A stretch of DNA of 64,000 nucleotides from Takakia lepidozioides (Eukaryota; Plantae; Bryophyta): contig CM060731.1 in NCBI GenBank assembly GCA_030704615.1, forward strand, positions 1,984,001 to 2,048,000, written 5' to 3'. The position numbers and the translations under genes are program-made. Positions 11,760-24,799 of this stretch are shown piece after piece. A model generated the notes under the pieces. It saw only the letters and a program-made list of their open reading frames with translations. It had not been told where the DNA came from and did not search any database. How positions within the stretch are numbered: the first letter of the stretch is position 1; each line of letters opens with the position of its first letter.

Positions 11760-14690
11760 CTCACCTATCACAATGCTTCTCGCACTGCACTTTGCAACTA
11801 CAACCCGCCGATATGATCACAGAGACCATTGGACCACCGATTTCTCGGCTCCCTGACCCGAAGCCGCAGTGTCTCTTCGTTTTCGATGAGTAAAGTGGAG
11901 TCTGCCTTGTTTTGGCTCTGCATTGTACCTATGCGCCTCCTCTGCGTATAATGAGACGAGAATGAAATCAGAAATTGGAATAGAAATGCAAGCCGTGACT
12001 TGCAGAGATTGGCCGAAGATAACGAACCGTTTCATGCTTTGCGTCCTCACTCCTTTGAGGATCAATTCCCCGTCAAGCGTTCTCCTGCAGGAGTGCCGTA
12101 CGTATATATATATATGCTAAGTATTGCAGCAAGCTGTGTAGTTGGTGGGCATGCGCTGACTTGACCGCATGTGTCGTTGAGAGATGGGAAACCAAGCTAG
12201 CGATGGTGAAGAGTTTGCAGAGCGACAACTTCAGGGAGCCCAATCCCAATCTTTTGTGCTTCTAACTTTTTGAATTATCAGCAATCAGTCATCTTGAAAT
12301 CCCTCTCAAAACTTTTCCCTCATCAGAACTGTAGGATGTTTCGAGTTTCGACAGCTCTCTACGATTTGCATATGCGCTCAAGGTTCATTTTGATGTTTCA
12401 CTTCTCTAACGCACTCTACCTTCTTGTCCTAAGCCAATTTTCAAGCTTTGAAAATTTGAGATCCAACTTTCTACACTAGGACTCTTTACTGCAAGTTAAA
12501 CCATACTACCTGTGCCACAGTTCCAACTTTTGCATCTCGTGAGTGTGCACACAGGGTGCCACCCAGGTGATTCTGCGTTTAAATCCTGCTAGTGGTATCA
12601 TCATCCCCCACCTTCCCCTGGGCAGCATCAGCCTTGTCTCATGTTATTTTGAAAGAGGTTAGTTCTCCTCATATAATTTTAAGGTAACTTGTTTGTGAGT
12701 GGTTGCTCCAAGTGTTCACCATTACAAATAGGGAAGAATCGTCTTGTCCATACTGCCAGTTTTCAATACAGGTAGCATGGGAGATGCTTAGTTACATCTC
12801 TTTACGATTGTATTTGACAGAAGCACATTTCCCTTGCATTTCAAACTAGTTGAATTTTTATAACATTGCTTCATGTTCCAGCCTACGGGACGTTTTGTCT
12901 TCACACTCCATAGTTTTTGCAGACGAAAGCATCTTTATAGTGTTCGCAGGAAGTTCACAAGGCTTATGACCAAAGGTGAAAAGTAAGGTAGTAGGACAGG
13001 CAGCCCGGGCCATTTGACATCAAAAGATCCGCTACAGTGGAATGCCTCGTGTAGGTATACAAGCCAAGCATTGCTGATCCTGGTAGTAAGAAACCCTCTA
13101 AGGTTTCCAACCAATAGTAACCATCCCTGATTCCACAAGTAGCAAACACAACTGCACTCAATTTCAGATCAGTTCGCACCCACTGTGGGAACGCTCTCGC
13201 GTGCTATCAAGGAAGCAGAAGTGAGCCGGACGAACTTCCTCAGTCCTTACCCTACAGTATAATCGTATGCTCTACCAGTACTCTGGATAGCAGATGGCAC
13301 ATGAGATCTGTTACTCAAACAATGCGGGAACTGATGCTATCTTCTTTAGGGCGAGAGGTTTAATGTACACTGGTCCCTTTAAGAAACGTGTTGTTGAAAT
13401 GGAATGCTCACTACTTATCACACTTGCCTCAACAAGTGAGTCCTTCCCCTTATGTTCAGATATTGAAAGATGCATTGTGTGGAGAGGTGAACACTAAAAA
13501 GACGTTGTCATTGAGAGTATTGTTGACATTTTTGTTTGGTATTGACATGGATATCCTTAGGTCCCTTGCGTATACTAGAAATATTTGAACGTCTCCTGAT
13601 ATGATGAGGAGCATGCACGAAGACATACCTAGGGAAGTATCTCAGCTGAAGGATTTGGAAGTTATGGTTGATATCACCAGCGCCCCCAAGTAGGGAAAAG
13701 CGGCGGGATGTCGACTGGGTCCCTTAACTTTACTCATATCCTACCCCCAAACCTCTAATGTCAGTCTGACACAGGGTCAAGGGACCCATCGTTATCTCCG
13801 GATAGCTGGTTGGCAGTAATGCTACCCATTTGCAGGACTGACTTTCAGCTCAGACTTCCCACGGACATGCGCCCATCAAAACACATAGAAAACAACTGAT
13901 CTGCAGACTTTTAGTGCATAAAAAACAAAATCAAAACTAAACAGTCGAAAGTGGATCTGGCAACACTTGCTCTTTGATCCTGCTTCATTACAGTTGAAGA
14001 TGAATACCAGCTCAGAGGTACAAAGTATTGACAGCTTTCCCTTTTAATAGAATAGGAACCGTGTTCCTACGGACACATGATCTGCATGGTGAAGGCAAGG
14101 CAGACGTGCAGATAACCCCTAGAACTGCGGCAGGAGGTTAAAGAAAGTGCACAATTGAACTTCACCACCAGGACACATCACAACAACTGCCCAACAGGAA
14201 CCTCAGCATTTCCAGACAACGCAAACGCAAAGCTCTTCAGAACAGATCAATTGGTGTTTGTAAGGCTTTCATTGTTGCCCTCAAGAAGCGATGTTCATCA
14301 TAAGAAGCAGAACGCACCGTAACTGACCTACCGCTCATTTACAGACATAACATGCACTAAACACTAGCACCAGGCCAATACACCACAGAAAACACTCCTT
14401 CAAACAATGGTAACTTACCTATCTCCACCTGCAATATAGGGATACTTTCTACCTGCGAAGTGAGGAGCCTAGACTGAGTTACCACTACAAAATAGAGCCG
14501 ATGCACACTTCTGTCTATACCAACCGGCGAAACAATGAACCAAATCTTGCAGACAGAAGGACATCAGAGAGGATCGCTTTAAAAAAGTTCCAAAGCAGTC
14601 GCAGTCGAGATGAAACCGCCTCCAGGTGCCTGATCTCAGGTGCTCCAGGACTTCTACTTCTCCCAGACCCAGAGTGGTTCTAAACAATGC
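11760..14690 (-). pseudogene. Possible decayed intron-containing gene of unknown product
   Basis: Minus-strand splice-like boundaries, for example cag|GRKYPYIAGGDR|gtaagt at ~14420-14453, followed by an exon-like SVTVRSASYDEHRFLRATMKAL. No domain was recognised. Confidence 0.25.
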
Positions 14691-14913
14691 ACGACAAGAT
14701 TCTACAAGGCAGGGCTATAAGACCCCCACAAACAGAGATGCTAAACTTCCCAAACGTTCTGCCGCCTATGCGAGCCCAGACTGAAATGGCAGTGATATAA
14801 CTCTGGACAGGAGGGTTTAGATGCGGGTCTGAACCCTAAAATCTCCAGCTGCAAAGAGTTGCAGCTAGGCTAGGTTAGTAGATGCATGAATCTCCTGAAG
14901 TTGCTATCCGACT

Positions 14914-15155
14914 CGTAAAGGATTTTGGGGGCAGATTCTGCCGTTTTTGAGGCAAATTAGGATGTCAGAAGATCGACGCTCCACGGCGCTTGCGCATTCT
15001 GCATTCCTAATCAGCTGTTTGACTCTCCTAATCGGAAGTTTGACTCTCCTAATCGGCAGTTTGACTCTCCTAATCGGCAGTTTGACTCTTAATGGCTCAA
15101 TATGGCCTGCAGCCAATCAGGGCCTCGCAGAATCTGCCCCCAAAATTCCTTTACG
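14914..15155. mobile_element. MITE with ~28-bp TIRs and an internal 21-bp tandem repeat
   Basis: TIRs cgtaaaggattttgggggcagattctgc and gcagaatctgcccccaaaattcctttacg. Unit ctaatcggcagtttgactctc occurs 3-4 times at ~15007-15092. Confidence 0.8.
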
Positions 15156-15299
15156 CCAGGGAACGCGCCCCCTAGGGCGCATTATGGCACCTAGTTCGTC
15201 CTAGGTCTCGCCCTCCCGGGCTCGCCTTATGGCTCCTAGTGGGCTCGCCCTAGTGACTCACTAGGAGCCATAATGTGCCCTAGGGGACGCGTTCTCTAG
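15156..15299. mobile_element. MITE-like foldback element with ~38-bp TIRs
   Basis: ccagggaacgcgccccctagggcgcattatggcacctag pairs with ctaggagccataatgtgccctaggggacgcgttctctag. Confidence 0.75.
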
Positions 15300-15384
15300 T
15301 ACATAAAGCACTTTAAAAAATTTCTCTTTGTATTTATCGTGCTGTTCAAAAGCAGAATTCATGGTTGGCCAGGGAATGCCCGCC

Positions 15385-15558
15385 GTACCGTTTTTATTGC
15401 ACGTGCTTTATGCAGTGTAATGCCCCCAGAGTGGCGGGCATTCCCGGATTTTCGGGCTTTCCCTAGGGCTACTGCCCCAAGGCCAGTGCCCTCAAATCCG
15501 GGAATGCCCTCCACTCAGGGCATTACACTGCATAAAGCACGTGCAATAAAAACGATAC
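15385..15558. mobile_element. MITE-like long palindrome with ~65-bp arms
   Basis: gtaccgtttttattgcacgtgctttatgcagtgtaatgccc pairs with gggcattacactgcataaagcacgtgcaataaaaacgatac. Confidence 0.8.
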
Positions 15559-15659
15559 TTGCATTTTATATGTATGCACGGCAGTTATGATGTAAATCTG
15601 TACAGCTTTATTTAAAAGAAACATGAGGTATGTGAACATAGCCTCTCATTTTTGAATAA

Positions 15660-16916
15660 TTGGGAGTTTATGTCGCGCGTGTGGGACAGGGCGCGCACGG
15701 TCGCACGGACGCGGGGTCCCCCCCCCCACCTGCCAGCAGCGCGGTCGGCAGCCCCGCAAGCCGCCCGCGGCCCAGCGCCATGCCTTCTGCCCAAGCTCTT
15801 GGTGTCTTCATGCGCAGGTCTCACCGTCTTACTGCCTGCCTCCGCAATACCATGTTCTGCTGCTTCATAGCGCTTCTTTTAAGCCCTTTCTCAGCGTTTT
15901 CCGACTGGAGTTCACCGACCAACACTCATCGAACGATGTCAGACTCCATAACCTTCTTCACCTCAAGCACTCCTCGGCAGCGTGCGAATCAATCGCTCAC
16001 CTCCACGGCCACTCTATGCACGCACATGCAAGCTACTACACTCCGAGTTCGTGACGACCACTGGCCTCCCAGACTCAGTATTCTCAGCAGGGTCATAAAA
16101 CCAGTTCAACACTACTGGCGCCCTCCCGCTCCTGTCCGGCACACCTCTCTCTCCCCACAGGCTGCCGTGTTACTTCTGTTTCTCTACCTCTTTCGAATCT
16201 CTAGGCTCTCGACTGATGGTTCCTTTCTTCTGCGGCTCTTCCTGGCGCCTATGCCCGTTTGTGGAGGGACAAACGGGCTTGGTCACGTCCTTCTTGCGAG
16301 TTACTGGAGTATAAGAAGAGGTTGGAGTGGCTTGCCCTACATACGAGCTCACGGGGTCCTGGGAATCGGCCTCATCACCGTCTTCACCCTCACTTTGACT
16401 GCTGCAGCAACTTCCAGCCACCCCGAATTCCTGCCCACTCGCCATGTTCACTACGCACCCGGAACCGTCTTCCACTACGATTTGCTAAACTACGAGCCGG
16501 TTCTTGTTCTCCCTCATCCAGATGTGACTAGCTCCATAAACTGCGTGCAATGGCTACCCAACAGGCTGGCAGGTCGGGCTCTTACATTCACCCAAGCCCA
16601 GTTTGAGAGCGTTGACAGCAGAGGCTGCATGCACCCACCGGCTATCACCTCCCACAAGCTGCATCACAACGTGTATGTTGTAAATTCCATCACTGGGCTT
16701 CTATGCCACCCTTGGGCGCGCAACTCCCCCCCGTACTCTTTGTACCCCCGCCACCAGGTTGCCCTCAGCACAGGCATGGTAACTCTGGGATTTGGAATAA
16801 TGCTTGCAAGGCCCGCACTGAGGACTACGTCTGGGAATCTCGCACTTCCGCGACCATCATGCATGCTGCTTCCCCGGAAGCTCTGTTTACCACAGCCAGG
16901 TAGAAGCTCGTTATGA
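15660..16916 (+). CDS. Orphan 418-aa ORF of unknown product, with two hydrophobic segments
   Basis: Long open frame with no recognised domain. It may be non-coding or TE-derived. Confidence 0.25.
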   Translation: MGVYVARVGQGAHGRTDAGSPPPPASSAVGSPASRPRPSAMPSAQALGVFMRRSHRLTACLRNTMFCCFIALLLSPFSAFSDWSSPTNTHRTMSDSITFFTSSTPRQRANQSLTSTATLCTHMQATTLRVRDDHWPPRLSILSRVIKPVQHYWRPPAPVRHTSLSPQAAVLLLFLYLFRISRLSTDGSFLLRLFLAPMPVCGGTNGLGHVLLASYWSIRRGWSGLPYIRAHGVLGIGLITVFTLTLTAAATSSHPEFLPTRHVHYAPGTVFHYDLLNYEPVLVLPHPDVTSSINCVQWLPNRLAGRALTFTQAQFESVDSRGCMHPPAITSHKLHHNVYVVNSITGLLCHPWARNSPPYSLYPRHQVALSTGMVTLGFGIMLARPALRTTSGNLALPRPSCMLLPRKLCLPQPGRSSL

Positions 16917-17169
16917 GGCACATTGGCAACGCGATACCCAACTACAAGCTAAGAAAAGAGGTACAGGGGTCAAAACCCCAGCACTCCACATGGAAGGAAA
17001 TGCAGAAGCTGTAGCGGCAGAGATGCGGCTCCATATCCCCAAGATGATGATCACTGATAGAGCAACAACGATTCGCTGGCTACAAGGCTTGTACGGTGCT
17101 ATGTTGTACGCCACTACCCCTCTGTGGTACAGTGGCACTACCTCTCACCCTTTGTAACGTTTCTTTAAA

Positions 17170-18360
17170 TGAGCATTTGCAGCGGGAAGGTGTGAGACCA
17201 GACATGATCACGTTCAGTTGTGCTCTCAATGCATGTGCCAGCCTTGGTGCCCTGGTAAAGAGCAAAGAGGTCCACGTTGATATTATCAAAGCTGGAATCC
17301 AATCATATATAAACTTGAAAAATACCCTTGTTGATGTGTATGCCAAATGCGAGGGCATGAAGAAATCGTACGTTCTGTTCAACAATATGAATCAACGAGA
17401 TGTGGTCTCATGGAGCCTGGGCACTGCAGGATATGCCCAACCTGGATGTGGTAGGGAAGCTTTTGAGATGTATGTTCAAATGCAATGGGAAGGGGTGCAG
17501 CCAGACAGTATAACATTCATTTGTGTTCTCAGTAAGTGTGCCACTCTTGCAGCCCTAGGAAAAGACAAAGGTGTCCATGTTGACATCATCCAAGCTGGAA
17601 TCTCTCACCTGATATCATTCTGAAGGCTGCCCTTTGGCAAGGCAAGCCTGCTGATATGTATGCCATGGCTCACCAGCTCCACCTGGAGGCTCAACTTTTT
17701 TCACTGATTCTCATTATGTTTATGGCCTTCTAAGCAAAGATCTTATTGCGGTATTACCCCTGCCCCCACAACAGAAGCAGCAGGCCAGGTTGAGTGGGCC
17801 ATGTCAAGGCTGGAGTTGTTACTGTTGTCGTGGAGATCTATGATTAAATGATGGAGAAAGGGGTGGAGCCCAACCACATTACATTTATGTGCATTTGCAA
17901 TGCTTGTGCAAGCCTGGCAGCCCTGGAAAAATGTGCAAGGATGTGCATGTTGACATCATCAAAGCTGGAGTTATACCAAATGTCATTCTGAACTCTGCCC
18001 TGGCAGCTCTGGAACAGGGCAAAGATGTCCATTGCGACATCGTCAGAGCTGGATTTGTACCAACTGTTCCTCTGAACTATACCCTGGCGATCACATATGC
18101 AAAATGTGGGTGCACCGAGGAGGCAAAGGGAATGTTTGACACTAAGGCTGAACGAGATAGCATGTCGTGGAATGCGATGCTTGAAGGGTATGCACAGCAG
18201 GGACATGATATGGAGGCTTTGGAGACCTATGATCAAATGATGGAGGAAGGGGAGAAACCCGATCACAGCATATTTATGTGCATTTGCAGTACGTGTGCAA
18301 GCATGGCAGCTCTGGTAAAGGGTAAAGAGGTCCATGGCGACATTATCAGAGCTGGCACGC
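17170..18360 (+). pseudogene. PLS-class PPR gene fragments
   Basis: Motifs GVRPDMITFSCALNACASLGAL, LVDVYAKCE, RDVVSW, YAKCGCTEEAKGMFD and SWNAMLEGYAQQG. The frame is interrupted and degenerate. Confidence 0.92.
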
Positions 18361-19598
18361 AACGCATTCTACCTACAACCAGGCTGGGTGGACGACACGC
18401 AAAATGAATGAGCGCACAGACTAGCCATAGTCGGCCACAGGAGTCTTGAAGGGTGACTGTTTCTTGGAACTTATTTTACCATGCTGTTGCACGAACTTTG
18501 CGAGAAGCTCCTAGACAAACCAGCTCCTAGACAAACCATAAGGCGAAGATTGGATGGCTCCTTGTTAGAATCAGATAGGCCGATTCAAAACACATCTACA
18601 TCATAGCATATGATTAGACTGAAATTGAACTAGGTGAGTTTGGAAGCCGCACCAGAGTGCAACGACTAAGATGCCTTCGAGTCCTGTCTAAAGCAATTGG
18701 AGGCGCTCAGAGTTTGGGTAAACGAGGACAATAAATATTGCAGCGGAAATAATAAAAGACGCCTCCAAGAAGAAAATTTGTGAACGCATTTGACAGTTTA
18801 TTCAATTAATTATTGCTTATTATTATTTTGTAATCTTTTATTCAGTACGTTTTTTGGTAAGCTGTCCACGTAATTATTCTGCTAATTGCGGATTAGCAGC
18901 CCTACCGATAGCCTGATTAGTGAGTTGGAGTGAGGTTTGTAGTGTAAACATCAGTATGGTTAGGAGTAAGCGGAAGGGATTAGTGATAAGCTAAGCGTGT
19001 GGTTTATACTGTGCACAAAGACACATAGCGCACAGAACTATCACTGAAGAACACCATCCTCGACGGTCGCTTCTTTTTTTAATTTCAAAAACTCATGCAA
19101 TGTGAGAATACAAGACGCATGCCCTGGTCGGAGGTCGATTTGTTTTAAAAACATTATATATAAAACATTACAAAAATAAATAAAGTGACCGTACAATTGA
19201 CGGCCGCTTCTTTTTTCAATTTAAAAAAATAATGCAATGCTGAGAAAATAGTCTGAGCATACCGCATCCATTGGTTGGACGTCGCTCCTTTCAAAAATAA
19301 AATGAAAATGAAATTAAAATAAATATTTCAAAAACTCCTGCAATGCGAGAATAGAGGACGCGCACGTTCTGGCAAGACGTTGATTATTTTATTTTATTTT
19401 ATTTTAATAAAAACAAAATATTTACTTTTTTTAAATAAAAAGAAAATAAAGTGACCGTACAATTGATGGCCGCTTCTTTTTTTAATTTAAAAAACCCATG
19501 CAAAGAAAATAGCCTGAGCGTAAGGGGTCCATCGGTTGGACGACGCTCCTTTCAAAAATGGAAGGAGAATGAAAATAAGATAAATATTTCAGAAACTC

Positions 19599-22500
19599 CT
19601 TTTTTATTTATAAAAATAATTTTAAGAGAAAGGGGACGGAGGCCCTTTTATTCAAAATTAATTAAAAATATATATAACAGCAGGTGGAAAAAATAACCAC
19701 CTCAGGAAGGCCGTGAAGGCTAACTGAGGGGGGACTTCCCCAAAGCCAAAGCTAACTTGCTACATGAGGTGCTAGACAGGGGGAAGATTGTTGGTAGCTA
19801 GAAGGTAAGAACGAGCATGCTGGATTATGGTTCCAAAGGGGGCAGCGAGAGCGGGGTGGTGGAATCAGGGGCAGTAGAAGAAGAAGTAAGCCCAAACGAG
19901 AAAGACGAGCTTATTGCCGAGGCTTTTGCAGGCTGTTTGCATTCTACCTGCTTGACAGAGGCAAATTAGGTGTGCCCCAAATCAGCAATGGAGATCAAAG
20001 AAATGTCACTGAAGCACTTATGCGCTTCCAATAGGAGCCACTATTTAAGCCAGCAGGGAACATCCTATGAAGCACACGTAAAAGAGCTAAAATCGAAGCT
20101 GAGTTCGGGACTTTGTAACCTTCTTATGTCTCCAATTAAAGTCACCGTCATCCCCATCACCAGGAGACCTCCCAGTCCGCGGGGATAGTGCCATGCCAGC
20201 AGAAACGCAAAGAGGGAAGGCTGGTGCCGAGTGTGCCATTTTCCCCCAGGACTGGAGAAAATCATTGAGCAGCTTGGTCCCACATTGCTGTGAAGATCTG
20301 GAAATAGCTGCAGTTAAGATGCCCCAGGCTTTCCTCCCCTCAGTGAGCAGGTCATGGTAGATACAAAACAGAATTGACCTGCCCCTAGGGGGTCTTCCCT
20401 CATAAACAAAAGAACACCTAGCCTTCCAGAGATGCCAAAGAGTAAGTGCCCGAAGACAAGCCCAAACAGGGCACAAAGGTAAGCTGTGAGCAGGCAGCAA
20501 GTTCAACATCAGCAAAGAAATGGGGGGAGGGGAAGGGAAAAGATCCCAGTTAGAGTAGAAACGTATCACCATTCTCCATACTCTTGTAGGGAGATTACAC
20601 TTTGCTAAGCAATGTTCGATTGACTCAGGCAGAGTTAAACACAAGTTGCAGCAGGTGTTGTTGAGCATGGTAGCAGCATTGACTGGCAAGATCCTATGTG
20701 CCAACTTCCACAAAAAGCCTGAGATCTTATCTGCTTTTGGCTTCCTCCAGATATATTTCCATACCTTATCCCAGGTTTGTTGCGAGAGATGGAGGTGACT
20801 CCATTTCAGATTCCATTTGTGAAGAAAGGATCGGGGAGGCCTTAATAGCGAGTAGGCCATCTTCACTGAGTAGGCAAAAAAGGGTGAGTGGTGGGAGTCC
20901 ATCCAGCTCCATTCCCCTGGGTCAAACTGCAGGGAAACCAAGGGGTATTTAAGAAACCACGTGAAAGTAGAATGCCGAGCCCATGTCAGCTCTTGACCCA
21001 TTGGAAGGCTTGGGTTTGGATTTCCTTTGGAATCAAGCACCCTTATGGGAAATAGAGAACTCTTTGGCAGATCCATCATTCCATCGAGTTGAAGAGTCCC
21101 ATGAAAGTCAGCTTCAAAGGCTATACTAGAGGCTGTATGCCCAGTTACCACTAGGACCAGGAGGACGGTGTTACCTCTATGCAGAGTTGAAGCCGTCCAA
21201 GTGGGTGGAGACCATGCGGAATCTCCATCTCTGAGCAGTGGCTTCATATATTCCGGTACTTCATCAAGTAGCGCAGGCCATGCCCTGGCTCGTCTCAGGC
21301 CAAGAATAGGGCTGACTGCTTCTGCAGCCAAGAAATGGTTCTGTCCCAGATGCTGCCCATATGGATAAACCCACAATGCTCCCAGAATGCCCATTTTGGG
21401 TTATGGTCAATTAGCATACCAGAGTCCATGTTATAGTTTGCAAAGAGTGGCTGGCGGGAACATTCAGCGTAATTGAGAGGAATTCTTTGAGTAAGGGAAC
21501 CTCTTATGGACTGCCAAGCTGCCCATATTGACTGCCAAGGTCTCGATCCCATGTGCACATTCGCATTCTTGCCTTGCACTACCCATCGTAATGATTGAGT
21601 CCATAAGGGGGAGGAGGTGGGATGCGCACCCATGAGATAAGGTTGAATGAGCTTGCTCCAAAGACTGTGACGATGAATGAAGGCTCTGGGGATCCATTTG
21701 GCCAAAAGCGCCTTGATCTGCGTTGCAGGATCAATAATCCCAAGCCCTCCCTTCTTCTTAGGTTGACAAAGTTGATCCCATGAGATGAGGGCACGTCTCA
21801 CGGGAGAGTGTGTGGTTGCCTCCCAAATAAAATTCTTGACGAGAGCTTTGATCTCATTCATGAGCTTGGTTCCTGGATTCCAGACTGCAGCAGAGAACCA
21901 AGTGGAGGCGAGAAGTACTTGGTTGGCCACCAAGGCTCTTCCCGCTATGGACAGCATGGCTGAGCTCCAGTGAGCAAAAGATCTCTTCAACCTAGCAATA
22001 ACCACACTCAAGATGCTTTGTTGGGACAGGTTGAGACCAATCTGATGTCCCAGAAGCGTGTGGGACTCCCCTTCAGGAAGCCAATTGAGACCAATGTCTT
22101 GTCCCCAGGGGTCGCAGTGTGATGAGGTAGCTTGGTTCTGCAGCAGCGAGAGCAAGCCCATGGACTTTCGCCAATTGATCTTCAACCCCGAGCCTAAACA
22201 GAATATCTGTAGGGCATGAAGGGCATGTTGGATATTGTCTCGATTTGAATTATCCAACAACAGGGTGGTATCATCGGCATACATGGAAAGCTTGACCATT
22301 TCAGGTACGAAGGTAGGCAAATGAAGACCCACTATATCATGTCTTGCCTGAAAAAGATGCCCAAGAGAGTCTGCCGCGATGAGGAAAAGAAATGGAGCTA
22401 AAGGGCATCCTTGCCTAACCGACCTAGAGATAGGGAAGGAATGAGATATAACCCCGTCACCATGACTTTGCTTGAGGCCGAATGCAGCAGAATCTGAACC

Positions 22501-23630
22501 CACGTCAAAAAATTGCCTCCCAACCCTGATTTAGAGCAGCAAGAAGGAAGGTCTAGTCAATTGAATCAAAAGCTTTTTCAAAGTCCAGCATTAAAAACGC
22601 TAAAGGCTGATTGTTCAAGGTAGCTCTATGGAGGGTCTCATGTGCCAACAGAATGTTATCCAAAATCATGCGGTCTTTGAGGAAACCAGACTGCTCTTTT
22701 CCTGATGAGTTTTGGTAACAATGGTTGCAGCCTCAAGCCTTAGCAATTATTTTATACGAAGAATTGAGAAGGGTAATGGGACGGTAGTTCACCACATTGT
22801 CTCTCTCACCTTTTTTATAGATCAAGGTGATAAGGCCTTCAGATATCTGGGAAGGCATCAGCTGCTTCTGAAATATATCGTTGGCCATGCGGAGAAAGTC
22901 CTCCCCCATCGTCTGCCAAAAAGCCTTGAAAAGTTCAATGGGAAGACCATCCGGACCTGGGCTCTTCATAGAGGCCAAAGCATCCACTGCGTCACCCAGT
23001 TCCTGCACAGTGAACGGTTGTGCCATCCTGCCCTTATCCAGAGTGGTTAGCGAGCAGGGGATGTTGTGCAGGAGGATCTGTCTGGCCTCAACCACCTCGG
23101 GAGATTATGGACATGCTTGAAAAAAATGTCTGAAGAAATCAGCTGCAGTATTGGCCATCTTCTTGGGGTCTGATGAAGGTTGACCAGAGGTATCTTTCAA
23201 AGAGGGAATGAAGGTGGAGGATCGACGTTGTGCTGCCTTAACAAAAAAGTACTTGGACATTTTTTCTCCCTTGAGTGACCAGTTCACACCCCCCTTAATT
23301 TTCATGAATTGTTCCCTGGAGTGGAGGAGAAGGGCTAGGTTCTTTTTGGCTGTTCTATAGGAGAGCCGGGTCTGAGAGTCACCTTTACCCTCTTGCAACT
23401 GAAACTGGCAGACTTGTAGGCATTTGGTAAGTGCCTTCTCCTTGCGAGAAGCTTCCTCAGCCTTCTGTCTAGACAATTGCTGGCAAGTGCTTCTTATATA
23501 TTGAAGTTTGGACAGAAAAAGGAGCGTGGGGGAGGAGAAGGGAAGGTCAGCAGAGGACCAAGCCCTTTGAAGACCTTTGAGGACCAACCCCTCTTTTCTC
23601 TCCGACCCTGAGGCAGTTAAAATTCTTCAA
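19599..23630 (-). mobile_element. 5'-truncated L1/Tx1-like LINE (RT plus zf-RVT)
   Basis: Motifs KSPGPDGLP, NYRPITLLN, LDFEKAFD, VRQGCPLAP, YADD, KKKGGLG and CNLC..ESIEHCLAKC. TSD agaaactc at 19591-19598 and 23631-23638. Confidence 0.93.
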
Positions 23631-24799
23631 AGAAACTCATGCAATGTGAGAATACAGAACGTGCGCGTCCTGGTCGGAGGTCGATTTGTTTAAAAATAAA
23701 TTTTAAAAAAATAAAATGTTTTCTTTTTTATTAATTTTTTTTTTAAGTGACCGCACAACTGATGGCCGCTTCTTTTTTTAATTTAAAAAACTCGTGCAAT
23801 GATGAGAAAATATCCTGAGCATACCTCGTCTATCGGTTGGATGACGCTCTTTTCAAAAGTGAAAATAAAATAAAAATAGATAAATATTTTAAAAACTCCT
23901 GCAATGCGAGAACGCGATTGTTTAAAAGAAAATTAAAAAAACAAAATATTTTCTTTTTTATAAAAAGAAAATAAAGTGACTGCACAATTGACGGCCGCTT
24001 CTTTTTTTAATTTGAAAAACTCATGCAATGCTGAGAAAATAGCCTGAGCGTAGCGCGTCCATCGGTTGGACGACACACCTGCTACCCTTATTAGGCATGG
24101 GCACGATCAATCATCTGCGGTATTCATTATATATATATATAACGGTATTTATAAACCCTCGTATGAAGCCAGCTCCGTTGCATTTCCCAGGTTTTCTTTT
24201 AAGGGGAAAAAAAAAACAAATCTGAACTTACACTGCCGAAATCTGTAAGTTCTTAGTTGTTACATTGTTCTTTATTTTTATTTTTATTTGTTTTTAAAGA
24301 AGAGGAGCAATCAAGACAATAATTTTTTATCAAGACAATAAAACTAAATGTTGAGAAACTAAATGATGAGCGACGGAGAAGATATAAACAACCGACTTCC
24401 GGCCTAGACAAAACAAATGCTAACTGAAGGGGAAATACAGAAAAGGGGGTTCAATTCTTGGGCATAGATAGAGGTAGCTGCATCAAACCATGAAATACGG
24501 AGACGTGACATGGTAGCTTCGGCAACACTCTGCCATTCTTCTTCCGGAAAACAATGAAATACACGATGTGTATATTTAACAGGACGGGGATGACCCACCC
24601 CTTTTTGTGCAAATTGAACGTAGTTCTCAGAATTCGTCGCTAGTAGTGAAGGAAAATGAAAATAAGATAAATATTTAAAAAACTTCTGCAATGTGAGAAT
24701 ACATCGGAGGTCGATTCTTTTAAAAATAAAAATAAAAATTTTACTTTTTTAATTAGAAAAAATAAAGTGACCGCACAATTGACGGCCGATTCTTTTTTC

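Noticed and set aside
17170-18407. Functional PPR-DYW editing factor
   Set aside because: The motifs are degenerate and interrupted, and no E or DYW domain is seen anywhere in the window.
24088-24648. hAT-like TIR taggcatgggcacg and CACTA-like end tagtagtg
   Set aside because: Neither has a partner terminus or a TSD in the window.
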